From positions 1,218 to 65,217 of the forward strand of contig JACOXZ010000011.1 of the NCBI GenBank assembly GCA_016182105.1: 64,000 bases of DNA, written 5' to 3'. Below are positions 30,148-38,568 of the stretch, one piece after another. The translations under genes and the position numbers were made by a program. Numbering within the stretch: the first letter of the stretch is position 1; the number at the start of each line of letters is the position of its first letter. Under the pieces are notes generated by a model that was not told the origin of the DNA, did not search any database, and saw only the letters and a list, made by a program, of their open reading frames with translations. This stretch comes from Candidatus Liptonbacteria bacterium. GTDB taxonomy: Bacteria; Patescibacteriota; Minisyncoccia; UBA6257; 2-01-FULL-56-20.

Positions 30148-30287
30148 CTAATGACTAATTGACCTGATTTCTAATCAATGTCTAATGACTTAATTTCCCA
30201 ATTTCTAGCTACGAGTTTTGGATTTGGTCATTAGAAATTGGGGATTGATTAGGTTAATTAGAATAATTAGAGCAATTAGAAATTTTA
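30148..30287. repeat. Degenerate CTAAT-unit array with inverted ATTAG-unit array
   Basis: ctaatgactaattg..ctaatcaatgtctaatgactaatt, then gtcattag..gattag..aattag repeats. Confidence 0.65.
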
Positions 30288-30290
30288 AAC

Positions 30291-30719
30291 ATGAAAACCA
30301 AGCCCCTGTTTGATATCTCAAAAATTATCATCTACACCGACGGCGGCGCTCGCGGAAATCCTGGGCCAGCCGCAATCGGTGTGGTAGTTGCCGACAGAGA
30401 ATATGGCGAATATATCGGCGAAAAGACTAATAACCAGGCCGAATACGAAGCCGTGATTTTTGCCCTGAAGAAAGTGAAACAGCTTATTGGCAAAGTAAAG
30501 GCGAAGAAAGCGGAAATTGAAGTGCGGATGGACTCCGAGCTAATCGTGAAGCAATTAAACGGCGAATATAAAATCAAAGAGCCGGAACTCCAGCCGCTTT
30601 TTGTGAAAGTTTGGAATTTAAGGATGGATTTCGGGAAAATTAATTTTGTACATATCTCACGGGAGCAGAATCGTCGATCTGATAGATTGGTAAATTCGGT
30701 TCTTGACAAGAGGCCGTAG
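30291..30719 (+). CDS. rnhA: Ribonuclease HI family protein
   Basis: YTDGGARGNPGPAA, TNNQAEY, DSELIVKQLNG. Confidence 0.92.
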   Translation: MKTKPLFDISKIIIYTDGGARGNPGPAAIGVVVADREYGEYIGEKTNNQAEYEAVIFALKKVKQLIGKVKAKKAEIEVRMDSELIVKQLNGEYKIKEPELQPLFVKVWNLRMDFGKINFVHISREQNRRSDRLVNSVLDKRP

Positions 30720-30730
30720 GGATGTATAAT
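30703..30730 (+). promoter_or_regulatory. rnpB promoter
   Basis: TTGACA-16 bp-TATAAT just upstream of the RNA. Confidence 0.75.
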
Positions 30731-30736
30731 TATTGT

Positions 30737-31080
30737 GGTAATTCAGACGGTTACCTTACTAGATATTTATCTAGTGGGGAGGAAAGTCGGGACACCTTCT
30801 CGGGTTTTGCCCGAGGAAAAGTAGCGGCTAACAGCCGTCGAGTGAAAACTTAGAGGTGCGAACAGTGACGTCGCAGTTCGAAAGAACTGCGAGGACCCCA
30901 TCCTAACGTAGACTGGTCCAGCTCCGCTATAAGGATAAAAAGGCGGAGGTGAAACGGCTAAATCCTTACTGGGTGCAAGGCCGTGCTCCGACCCATGTCG
31001 GAGAGTGCTGCATGAACCCGAGAGTAATCGAGGGTCCAGAGAAATTGCCGTTAAATACAGAATCCCGCTTATGAATTGCC
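30737..31080 (+). ncRNA. rnpB: RNase P RNA
   Basis: GAGGAAAGTCGGGAC and ACAGAATCCCGCTTA (P4 halves), GTGAAACGG, closing helix GGTAATTCA/TGAATTGCC. Confidence 0.92.
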
Positions 31081-31081
31081 A

Positions 31082-31110
31082 ACCCCGCCCCTCCATTGGA
31101 GGGGCGGGGT
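31082..31110. terminator. Intrinsic terminator hairpin
   Basis: ACCCCGCCCCTCCA-T-TGGAGGGGCGGGGT between rnpB and the convergent MgtC gene. Confidence 0.8.
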
Positions 31111-31115
31111 AGTTT

Positions 31116-31568
31116 TTATTTTTTTAAAATCCGCTTTCTTGTAAGAAGATAAAGCAGTCCGGAAATAATTATTGCCGAGAAGACAGCGAACCTCATGAGC
31201 CCCAAGCCGGCCAAAGTGCCCACAGCCGCGGTTGACCACATCGTGGCCGCGGTTGTGAGGCCTTTCACGTGCTCTTCGGTTTTGATGATGACGCCGGCGC
31301 CCAAGAAACCGATGCCGACCACAATATTAGCAATCACATTCAAAAAACCGCTGTTCCGAGCAATTACTTCTGGCAAATTTTCCGGAGAAGTGGAAACAAG
31401 ATAGGGAAGGTTTATGCCGATAATCGCGAAAATGGCAGCGCCGCCAGCGACAAGCATACTTGTCCGAATGCCGGCTTCTTTGCCGATCATCTCCCGCTCG
31501 AGGCCCATGAAGGCCCCCAAAGCAAGGGCGATCAAAAAATGAAGGATCATTTGCTCAAAGTCCATCAT
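31116..31568 (-). CDS. MgtC/SapB family membrane protein
   Basis: MGLERE, AGIRT, GIGFLGAG, GLTTAATMW. Confidence 0.9.
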   Translation of the reverse strand: MMDFEQMILHFLIALALGAFMGLEREMIGKEAGIRTSMLVAGGAAIFAIIGINLPYLVSTSPENLPEVIARNSGFLNVIANIVVGIGFLGAGVIIKTEEHVKGLTTAATMWSTAAVGTLAGLGLMRFAVFSAIIISGLLYLLTRKRILKK

Positions 31569-31602
31569 TGTCTTACAATTTTCATTATACAACATTTAAT
31601 TT

Positions 31603-32982
31603 ATGCGGATTCTTTCAAATGAAATCGCGAGTCACGAGGGAAAAGAGGTGGTGCTTGCCGGCTGGGTGGGAGCCCGCCGCGACCACGGCAAGCTTATTTT
31701 TATTGACCTCCGCGACAGGCGTGGTTTAGCCCAACTCGTTTTCACACCAGAGAAAAAGACTTACGCTGAGGCCGACAAATTGCGGCCGGAATGGGTGATT
31801 CAAGTTAAAGGAGAAGTCCGGCGCCGGCCAAAAGGAATGGAAAACCCTGCTCTCCCAAGCGGCAATTTTGAAGTGAGTGTCGCGGAAATCGAAGTTTTAA
31901 ATCATGCGATAACCCCACCGTTTCCCTTGGAGAGCGATGGTTATGATATTGATGAAAGTATCCGTCTCAAATACCGCTATCTTGATCTGCGGCGGCCGCG
32001 GCTCAGTCGCAATCTAAAAATTCGTCATCAAGTAAGCCAGTTTATCCGTAAGTACTTAGGTGATCGCGATTTTGTGGAGGTGGAGACGCCGATCTTGACG
32101 AAATCCACTCCCGAGGGCGCTCGGGATTTTATCGTGCCCTCCCGTCTTCAGCCGGGCAAGTTTTACGCTTTACCCCAGTCGCCCCAGCAGTATAAACAAC
32201 TCTTAATGGTCGCTGGTTTTGAGCGGTATTTTCAATTAGCGCGAGCTCTCCGAGACGAAGACCTGCGCGCTGACCGCGGTTTTGAACACACCCAGCTTGA
32301 CCTAGAGATGAGCTTTGTGGGTGAGAAGGACGTGATGGAGTTAATCGAGGGGTTAATGACTGCTCTTTTCGAAGATTTCGGCAAAAAAATTTATAAAAAA
32401 CCTTTTCCAGTTATTGACTATAAAGAAGCTATAAAAAAGTTCGGCGCTGATAAATTCGATTTGCGGGCCAAGAAAAACCTGGAAGAGGTCGCTTTGGCCT
32501 GGGTCATAAATTTTCCGGTTTTCGTCCGCGACGAGAAAACCAAGGAATTGACCTATTCCCATAATCCCTTCACCGCGCCGAGGGGCGAGGATATACCCAA
32601 GCTTTTGGCTCATAAGGATTTAGAAAATCTGGTTTCACTCCAGTATGACTTAGTTTGCAACGGTTTTGAGATTGGCGGCGGCGGCATAAGAATAAACAAA
32701 GCCGAAGTTCTAGAAAAAGTTTTTAAAATCCTTGGTCATTCCAAAGATAAGATCCAAAAGCAATTTGGCCATATGCTTGAGGCATTTCGATTCGGCGCCC
32801 CGCCCCATGGAGGGATTGCTTTGGGTTTGGACCGGATTTTAATGATTTTAGCCGGTGAAGAGTATCTGCGGGAGGTCGTGGCATTCCCCACGACTGGAGG
32901 CGGTGAAACTAGTGTAATGGATGCGCCCTCAGAGGTTGATAAGAGTCAGCTCGATGAGCTACACTTAAAAATTAAAAAATAG
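31603..32982 (+). CDS. aspS: Aspartate--tRNA ligase (compact, lacks the GAD insertion)
   Basis: RRDHGKLIFIDLRD, RLKYRYLDLRR, STPEGARDF, LPQSPQQYKQ, GAPPHGG. Confidence 0.95.
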   Translation: MRILSNEIASHEGKEVVLAGWVGARRDHGKLIFIDLRDRRGLAQLVFTPEKKTYAEADKLRPEWVIQVKGEVRRRPKGMENPALPSGNFEVSVAEIEVLNHAITPPFPLESDGYDIDESIRLKYRYLDLRRPRLSRNLKIRHQVSQFIRKYLGDRDFVEVETPILTKSTPEGARDFIVPSRLQPGKFYALPQSPQQYKQLLMVAGFERYFQLARALRDEDLRADRGFEHTQLDLEMSFVGEKDVMELIEGLMTALFEDFGKKIYKKPFPVIDYKEAIKKFGADKFDLRAKKNLEEVALAWVINFPVFVRDEKTKELTYSHNPFTAPRGEDIPKLLAHKDLENLVSLQYDLVCNGFEIGGGGIRINKAEVLEKVFKILGHSKDKIQKQFGHMLEAFRFGAPPHGGIALGLDRILMILAGEEYLREVVAFPTTGGGETSVMDAPSEVDKSQLDELHLKIKK

Positions 32983-33573
32983 ATGGCCCATCCAAAGGAG
33001 GAAAAAACGGTAATTATCGTAAAGCCCGACGGCGTGAAACGCGGGTTAATCGGCGAGATTATGAAGCGAGTTGAGCAGCGCGGGTTAAAGATTATTGCAG
33101 TAAAGATGATTCAGGCTGACAAGCCTCTGATTGACAAGCACCTGCCCAAGAGCAGGCAGTGGATTATTGATGTCGGAAACAAAAGTTTGGAGGACTATAA
33201 AAAATATAAACTTGACCCTCGAAAGCATATCGGGACCGCTGATCCGTTCAAGATTGGAATGTTGGTGCGAAAGTGGCTTTTTGATTATTGGACGTCAGGT
33301 CCTGTGGTAGCGTTCGCGGTTCAGGGAGTGCACGCGATTGACATGGTGAGGAAGATTGTCGGGAATACCTTGCCGGCCAAGGCCGAGATGGGAACGATTA
33401 GAGGGGACTATTCGGTTGATTCGGCGATTTTAGGAAATTTAGGGAAACGGGCGGTGCACAACATCGTCCACGCCTCGGGGAGTCCGGAAGAAGCAAGGAA
33501 TGAGTTCAAGAAGTGGTTTAAACCAAATGAGCTTCATTCTTACGATCGCGCCGATGACGATATTATGTTCTAG
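32983..33573 (+). CDS. ndk: Nucleoside diphosphate kinase
   Basis: IVKPDGVKRGLIG, GTIRGD, NIVHAS. Confidence 0.95.
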   Translation: MAHPKEEKTVIIVKPDGVKRGLIGEIMKRVEQRGLKIIAVKMIQADKPLIDKHLPKSRQWIIDVGNKSLEDYKKYKLDPRKHIGTADPFKIGMLVRKWLFDYWTSGPVVAFAVQGVHAIDMVRKIVGNTLPAKAEMGTIRGDYSVDSAILGNLGKRAVHNIVHASGSPEEARNEFKKWFKPNELHSYDRADDDIMF

Positions 33574-34294
33574 ATTTTAAGAAAGTTTTGATAATTTGAT
33601 TTAAATCTCCGCCTAAGATTTTTTCAATATTGTGGAATTTTTTGCCGAGGCGGTGGTCGGTGACGCGGTCTTCGGGGAAATTGTAAGTGCGAATTTTCTC
33701 GGCGCGCTCGGCCGAGCCGATCTGTTCTTTCCTGAGGCCGCCGATTTTTTGCTGTTCCTCGATTTTCTTTTGTTCAAAAAGCTTGGCCCTTAAGATCGCG
33801 AGCGCTTTTTCCTTGTTGGCTGATTGAGACCGCTCAACTTGAGAAGAAACCACAAGGCCGGTTGGCTTGTGCAGTATCCTCACAGCCGTTTCCACCTTAT
33901 TAACGTTCTGTCCGCCCGGGCCCGAGGAACGAAAAAAAGAGATTTCCAAATCTTGGCTCATGATTTCTACTTCTTTAGTTTCGACTTCCGGGAGTACCGC
34001 GACCGAGGCTGTGGAGGTATGAACCCGGCCGGACTTTTCGGTTTTTGGTATCCTTTGCACGCGATGCACACCTGATTCATTCTTTAAACTTTGAAAGACG
34101 TCATCGCCCGCGATTTCAGCAACCAGGGTTTTGTAGCCGCTTAAGGTTGTTTGGCTATAGTCTAAAATTTCAAAGCGCCAGAGGCGGCTCGCGGCATAAC
34201 GTTGATACATTCTTGCCAAATCCGCGGCGAAAATAGCGGCCTCATCGCCGCCCGCTCCGGCTCTAATCTCTAATATAACTTTATCCTTGCCCAT
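33563..34294 (-). CDS. prfA: Peptide chain release factor 1, N-terminally short
   Basis: EIRAGAGGDEA, ESGVHRVQRIPKT (PxT), GPGGQNVNK, KIRTYNF. Confidence 0.88.
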   Translation of the reverse strand: MGKDKVILEIRAGAGGDEAAIFAADLARMYQRYAASRLWRFEILDYSQTTLSGYKTLVAEIAGDDVFQSLKNESGVHRVQRIPKTEKSGRVHTSTASVAVLPEVETKEVEIMSQDLEISFFRSSGPGGQNVNKVETAVRILHKPTGLVVSSQVERSQSANKEKALAILRAKLFEQKKIEEQQKIGGLRKEQIGSAERAEKIRTYNFPEDRVTDHRLGKKFHNIEKILGGDLNQIIKTFLKSRT

Positions 34295-34333
34295 AGCTTC
34301 AAATTTGCTTTTGAGTATAGTATTATAAAGGTG

Positions 34334-34723
34334 ATGAATCAACCACCGCTTATTTTACTTGTTGACGACGAAGCCGATTTTCTGGAAATATTTTATACAA
34401 AACTTCGGGCTGCGGGCTTCAGAGTGGAGACAGCCGAGAGCGGCGAGAAAGCGATTGAGGCGGCCAAAAAACTTAAACCCGATCTGATTTTAATGGATAT
34501 GAAGATGCCTAAGATGAACGGCGCCCAAGTTATGATGAAGCTTAAAGAAGATCCTGAAACCAAGGATATAAAAGTGGTATTTCTCACTAATTTTGGCGAC
34601 CCTCGGACCGAGATGGAAGAAATTGATCGCAAATTTTCCAGAGATCTTGGCGCCATGGATTATTTGAGAAAGACGAGCGACCTTGATGAGGTGGTTCAAA
34701 AAATACAAACTTTTTTTAAGTGA
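34334..34723 (+). CDS. Single-domain response regulator
   Basis: LLVDDE, PDLILMDMKMP. Confidence 0.9.
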   Translation: MNQPPLILLVDDEADFLEIFYTKLRAAGFRVETAESGEKAIEAAKKLKPDLILMDMKMPKMNGAQVMMKLKEDPETKDIKVVFLTNFGDPRTEMEEIDRKFSRDLGAMDYLRKTSDLDEVVQKIQTFFK

Positions 34724-34855
34724 CCCCCCCACTCTTCAGAGATTTTCTCTACGTCATCAAAATGAGTACTATAGACAAAATGTTTCATTTCAAGGCCGTT
34801 CGGCAGATGAGATTATGCTACGAAAAATCGTGCATGATCTCTGAAGAGTGAGGGA
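34724..34855. mobile_element. Family C inverted-repeat miniature element
   Basis: CACTCTTCAGAGAT...ATCTCTGAAGAGTG; flanked by TGA on both sides. Confidence 0.88.
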
Positions 34856-35262
34856 TGAGGCCGAAACCTTTAATTTTATTAGTTGACGATGAGGCTGATT
34901 TTCGAGAGATTATCAGCGCGAAGCTCACCGCAGCGGGTTTTGACGTTGCTCTAGCTAAAAATCAGTCCGAAGCCGTCGCTAAAGCCGAGCAACTCTTGCC
35001 TGACCTGATTTTAATGGATATCTATTTGCCGCCCGGGCCAACCGGGACTGATACGGCCTTGAACATCAGGCAAAATCCCAAAACCAAAGATTTAAAAATC
35101 GCATTCCTCACCAATCTTAAAGAACCCTGGCCTGCAATCGGCGGGGATAGAGAAAAAGTTACCCAAGAGCTTGGCATGGAAGGGTTTATAGAAAAGACAG
35201 AAGATTTGAATATGCTCGTCAAAAAAATCCAGGAAATTTTAGAGAAGGCTCCCTCGTCTTGA
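34855..35262 (+). CDS. Single-domain response regulator (tandem paralog)
   Basis: LILLVDDEADF, PDLILMD. Confidence 0.88.
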   Translation: MRPKPLILLVDDEADFREIISAKLTAAGFDVALAKNQSEAVAKAEQLLPDLILMDIYLPPGPTGTDTALNIRQNPKTKDLKIAFLTNLKEPWPAIGGDREKVTQELGMEGFIEKTEDLNMLVKKIQEILEKAPSS

Positions 35263-35405
35263 CCCCGCACCTTAGAAAGATTTCGTTTTCTAGAACGCCT
35301 GTGGATAAATCCTTATTTTTATTACACAAAATCTGATTTGCGAATGACCTACCCTTATTATCAAGAAAAACGGCTAGGCGTTCACATCTTTCTAAGGTGA
35401 CGGGG
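35263..35405. mobile_element. Family B inverted-repeat miniature element
   Basis: CCCCGCACCTTAGAAAGAT...ATCTTTCTAAGGTGACGGGG flanked by TTGA direct repeats. Confidence 0.88.
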
Positions 35406-35440
35406 TTGATTTTTTATCGGCTGGCGCTATAATCTTTCGC

Positions 35441-35767
35441 ATGCTTAGGATGAGGCTTCAGAGGATAGGCAAGAAGCACCAGCCGAGTTTCCGGCTCACG
35501 GTTTCCGAAGCTCGCTCAAAAATGGCTGGGCCGCCGGTTGAGAATTTGGGTTCATATAATTCTTTTACCAAAGTGGCGAATTTTAAAAAAGAGAGGATTG
35601 AATATTGGTTAGGTGTCGGCGCGAAACCTGGAGCGACAGTTCATAATCTTTTGGTAAAGGAGGGGATCTTGAAGGCGAAAAAGCTAGCAGTCAAGATCGG
35701 AAAAGCCAAGGATAAAGGCAAAGCCGAGCCGCAGATAGCCCCGGTTGCTCCGGCAGCCGCGGGTTGA
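35441..35767 (+). CDS. rpsP: 30S ribosomal protein S16
   Basis: MLRMRLQRIGKKHQPSFR...WLGVGAKP. Confidence 0.93.
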   Translation: MLRMRLQRIGKKHQPSFRLTVSEARSKMAGPPVENLGSYNSFTKVANFKKERIEYWLGVGAKPGATVHNLLVKEGILKAKKLAVKIGKAKDKGKAEPQIAPVAPAAAG

Positions 35768-35793
35768 CCCCATTAGATAAATATCTAACGGGG
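35768..35793. mobile_element. 26 bp minimal hairpin element (family A-like ends)
   Basis: CCCCATTAGATA-AA-TATCTAACGGGG flanked by TTGA direct repeats. Confidence 0.75.
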
Positions 35794-35897
35794 TTGACAC
35801 ATTTCTATTTCCGTCTTATATATAATTAATATAAATTAATAAGGTAAAATAGCGGGAAAAGGTCGAAAAGATTTTTTGAAAGAGAAAACAGTCAATA

Positions 35898-36215
35898 ATG
35901 GCTAAAGGAGCTGATCAGGAATTTCTCGAGTTTCTCGTGAAATCTTTAGTTGATCACCCGGATGATGTGCAGGTTCTCCGGAAAGTTGACGAGATGGGCG
36001 TACTTCTCTCCTTAAAAGTTAACCCGCTCGATATGGGACAGGTGGTTGGTAGGCAGGGAGCGACAGCCAAAGCGATTCGGTCGCTTCTCCGGATTGTTGG
36101 GATCAAGAATAATGCGAGAGTGAACTTGAAGATCGAGGAGCCGGAGGGCAGCACGAGGCCTGGGGTGAGAAGGCCTATGGGAGAGCCAGTTGCTCGAGGA
36201 AGAGAAGAATTCTAA
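35898..36215 (+). CDS. khpA: KH-domain RNA-binding protein
   Basis: LVKSLVDHP, DMGQVVGRQG; follows rpsP. Confidence 0.85.
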   Translation: MAKGADQEFLEFLVKSLVDHPDDVQVLRKVDEMGVLLSLKVNPLDMGQVVGRQGATAKAIRSLLRIVGIKNNARVNLKIEEPEGSTRPGVRRPMGEPVARGREEF

Positions 36216-36234
36216 GGATCTAAAGTTAAAATTT

Positions 36235-36268
36235 AAGCTAAAGCCGCCCTTAAGGGCGGCTTTAGCTT
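36235..36268. terminator. Perfect palindrome, probable terminator
   Basis: AAGCTAAAGCCGCCCTTAAGGGCGGCTTTAGCTT. Confidence 0.7.
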
Positions 36269-36325
36269 TCTATTTTATTTGACGTGAGGGACCCGAGCTC
36301 ATATAATATCAATCTGTTTTTAATT

Positions 36326-36895
36326 ATGCTCTCCTACACTGATTTAAAAAAAGGAACTCTTTTTGTTAAAGACGGGGAGCCGTATGAGGTTTTGGAGTCG
36401 AATTTTTTGCGGATGCAGCAGAGGAAAGCAGTAGTTCAAACCAAAATCCGCAATTTAATTTCCGAGAAGATTGTTGACCAGAATTTCCAGGCGAGCGACT
36501 ACTTTGAAGAGGCGGATGTGGAAAAAAAAGAAGCGGTTCTCGTCTACTGCCACCGCGGAGAGTTTTGGTTTACAGAGCCGAATAACCCTAAAAATCGTTT
36601 TTCAGTTTCAAACGAAGTCCTCGGTGAGCGAGCCAAATTCTTAAAGCCAAATACTAAAGTTCAGATTTTGGCTTGGAGCGGCCGGATTATCAGAGTCGAG
36701 TTGCCGATCAAGATGGATTTTAAAGTTATTGAGGCGCCGCCTGCAGTTCGAGGTAATACTGCCCAAGGCGGCACAAAGACAGTAGTTATTGAAGGCGGAG
36801 CCAGGGTGTCCGCGCCCCTTTTTGTGAATGAGGGAGACCTCATTAGAATTAATACTGAAACCGGAGAATACGTGGAGCGGGGGCAAAAAACCTAA
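36326..36895 (+). CDS. efp: Elongation factor P
   Basis: DLKKG, PAVRGNTA, PLFVNEGDLIRINTETGEYVER. Confidence 0.92.
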   Translation: MLSYTDLKKGTLFVKDGEPYEVLESNFLRMQQRKAVVQTKIRNLISEKIVDQNFQASDYFEEADVEKKEAVLVYCHRGEFWFTEPNNPKNRFSVSNEVLGERAKFLKPNTKVQILAWSGRIIRVELPIKMDFKVIEAPPAVRGNTAQGGTKTVVIEGGARVSAPLFVNEGDLIRINTETGEYVERGQKT

Positions 36896-37488
36896 CGGGC
36901 TCGCCGGCCCCTCGCCCTCAAAAAGTAAATCAAATTAGGCAGGATTGAGAGGAGGATTATGAAGCCGATAATCGGCCAGAGATAGAGGTCGATGTTTTCA
37001 ACTATGCTTCCGAGGTAATAGCCTAGGCTCGAAAGGCCAACAGCCCAGAGTACAGCGCCCAAAATATTATAGATGAGAAATACGCGGTAGTTCATTTTGC
37101 CAACTCCAGCTAAGATGGGCGCGAAGGTTCTTATAAAAGGTATAAATCTTGCAAGGACAATGGTTTTCCCACCATGCTTTTCATAGAAAGTTTTTGCTCG
37201 TTCTAGATGGTCTTTGTGAAAAAAAACCGAATCTTCACGTTTGAAGATGGCCGGGCCAACGCGGCGGCCAAAAGCATAACCGAAATTGTCCCCTAAAATA
37301 GCGGCGATGAAGGTAAGGGCGGCAAGGAGCGGCAGATTGAGGTAGCCGCGCGAGGCGAGAAAGCCAGCCGTAAAAAGCAAGCTGTCTCCTGGCAGGAAAA
37401 AACCGATGAAAAGCCCGGACTCGGCAAATACGATCGCAAAAATTCCCAGATAGCCAACGGCTTTGATTAGACTTATAAGGTCAAACAC
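36892..37488 (-). CDS. DedA family membrane protein
   Basis: FAESGL, LPGDSLLF, ARFIPFIRTF. Confidence 0.92.
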   Translation of the reverse strand: MFDLISLIKAVGYLGIFAIVFAESGLFIGFFLPGDSLLFTAGFLASRGYLNLPLLAALTFIAAILGDNFGYAFGRRVGPAIFKREDSVFFHKDHLERAKTFYEKHGGKTIVLARFIPFIRTFAPILAGVGKMNYRVFLIYNILGAVLWAVGLSSLGYYLGSIVENIDLYLWPIIGFIILLSILPNLIYFLRARGRRAR

Positions 37489-37490
37489 TC

Positions 37491-38531
37491 CTAAATTTTT
37501 TGCACTGACTCGCTTTTTAGGACGATGGTCGGGTAAATATCAAAGAGAGCAAAGAGTAAACTTAAAACCAGGGGGCCGATCAAAAAGCCGATCGGGCCAA
37601 AAAAGGCAATGCCGCCGATTACGCTAAGAAGAATAAAGAAAGGATGGATGTGGATCTTGCGCTGAATTAGTTTTGGCCGGAGGAAATTATCAACTGTTCC
37701 CACAATAGCAATTCCCCAGGCGATCATCCCAATTCCTTGAGGCAGGTGACCGGAGAGGAGGAGATAAAATCCGGCCGGAATTGTGATAAGTGCCGTCCCA
37801 ATAGCTGGGAGGAGCGCCGCGATCACGGTCACAGAGCCCCAGAGCGCCGGGTTAGGAAGGCCGAAGATAAAGAAACCAAGACCTGCAAGTGCCCCTTGGA
37901 TCAAGGAGACGATCAGGGTCCCCTTAATGACCGAACTTACGGTTACTCGGAGTTTTTTAATGATCATACGGTTGTGTTCGTCAGTAAGCGGGCTTAAGGA
38001 AATCAAGGAGTTTTTAAAGCTATTGCCGTCTTTGAAAAAATAATAAAGAGCAAAGAAACTTAGAACGAAATTTATGAAAAATTTGGAGAAGGTGGAAAAA
38101 ACCGAGCCGAAGTTTTGGACGAGCGATTCCAAGATTTGGCGGAGATACTGGTCAAAATTGAAAGAGATGCCGGGGACGAATCTTTGGAGTCGATCTTTTA
38201 TTAAAACCGCAATCTCCTTAGGAAGCGCGGTGTTTTTGCCGGTCGTAAGATCGGTATAGAGCCCTCGAGCTTCCTGAATAAGTTGAAAACTGAAAAGAAA
38301 TAAAGGTACAAGAATGACAATAATAACAATCATAGTTGAAAGAAAAGCAGCCAAGCCATCGTTTTGCCGCATGAGTCGGAGGATCTTTTGATGAAGCGGC
38401 TGGAAAATTACGGCAAAGGTGGCTGCTAAGACAAAGACGCTTAAGTAGGGAAGAAAAATAAAAAAGACGAGCGCCAGAATACCGATCAAGAGGGCTAGAA
38501 AAAAATAGATCTGGAGGTCTCGAGTGTTCAT
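37491..38531 (-). CDS. AI-2E family transporter
   Basis: Multi-TM; DNFLRPKLI, GPIGFLIGP. Confidence 0.88.
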   Translation of the reverse strand: MNTRDLQIYFFLALLIGILALVFFIFLPYLSVFVLAATFAVIFQPLHQKILRLMRQNDGLAAFLSTMIVIIVILVPLFLFSFQLIQEARGLYTDLTTGKNTALPKEIAVLIKDRLQRFVPGISFNFDQYLRQILESLVQNFGSVFSTFSKFFINFVLSFFALYYFFKDGNSFKNSLISLSPLTDEHNRMIIKKLRVTVSSVIKGTLIVSLIQGALAGLGFFIFGLPNPALWGSVTVIAALLPAIGTALITIPAGFYLLLSGHLPQGIGMIAWGIAIVGTVDNFLRPKLIQRKIHIHPFFILLSVIGGIAFFGPIGFLIGPLVLSLLFALFDIYPTIVLKSESVQKI

Positions 38532-38568
38532 TGTAGAATTTAAACTCTACATCTATTATATATGAAGA

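Noticed and set aside
30767-31096. 109 aa minus-strand ORF
   Set aside because: Antisense to RNase P RNA.
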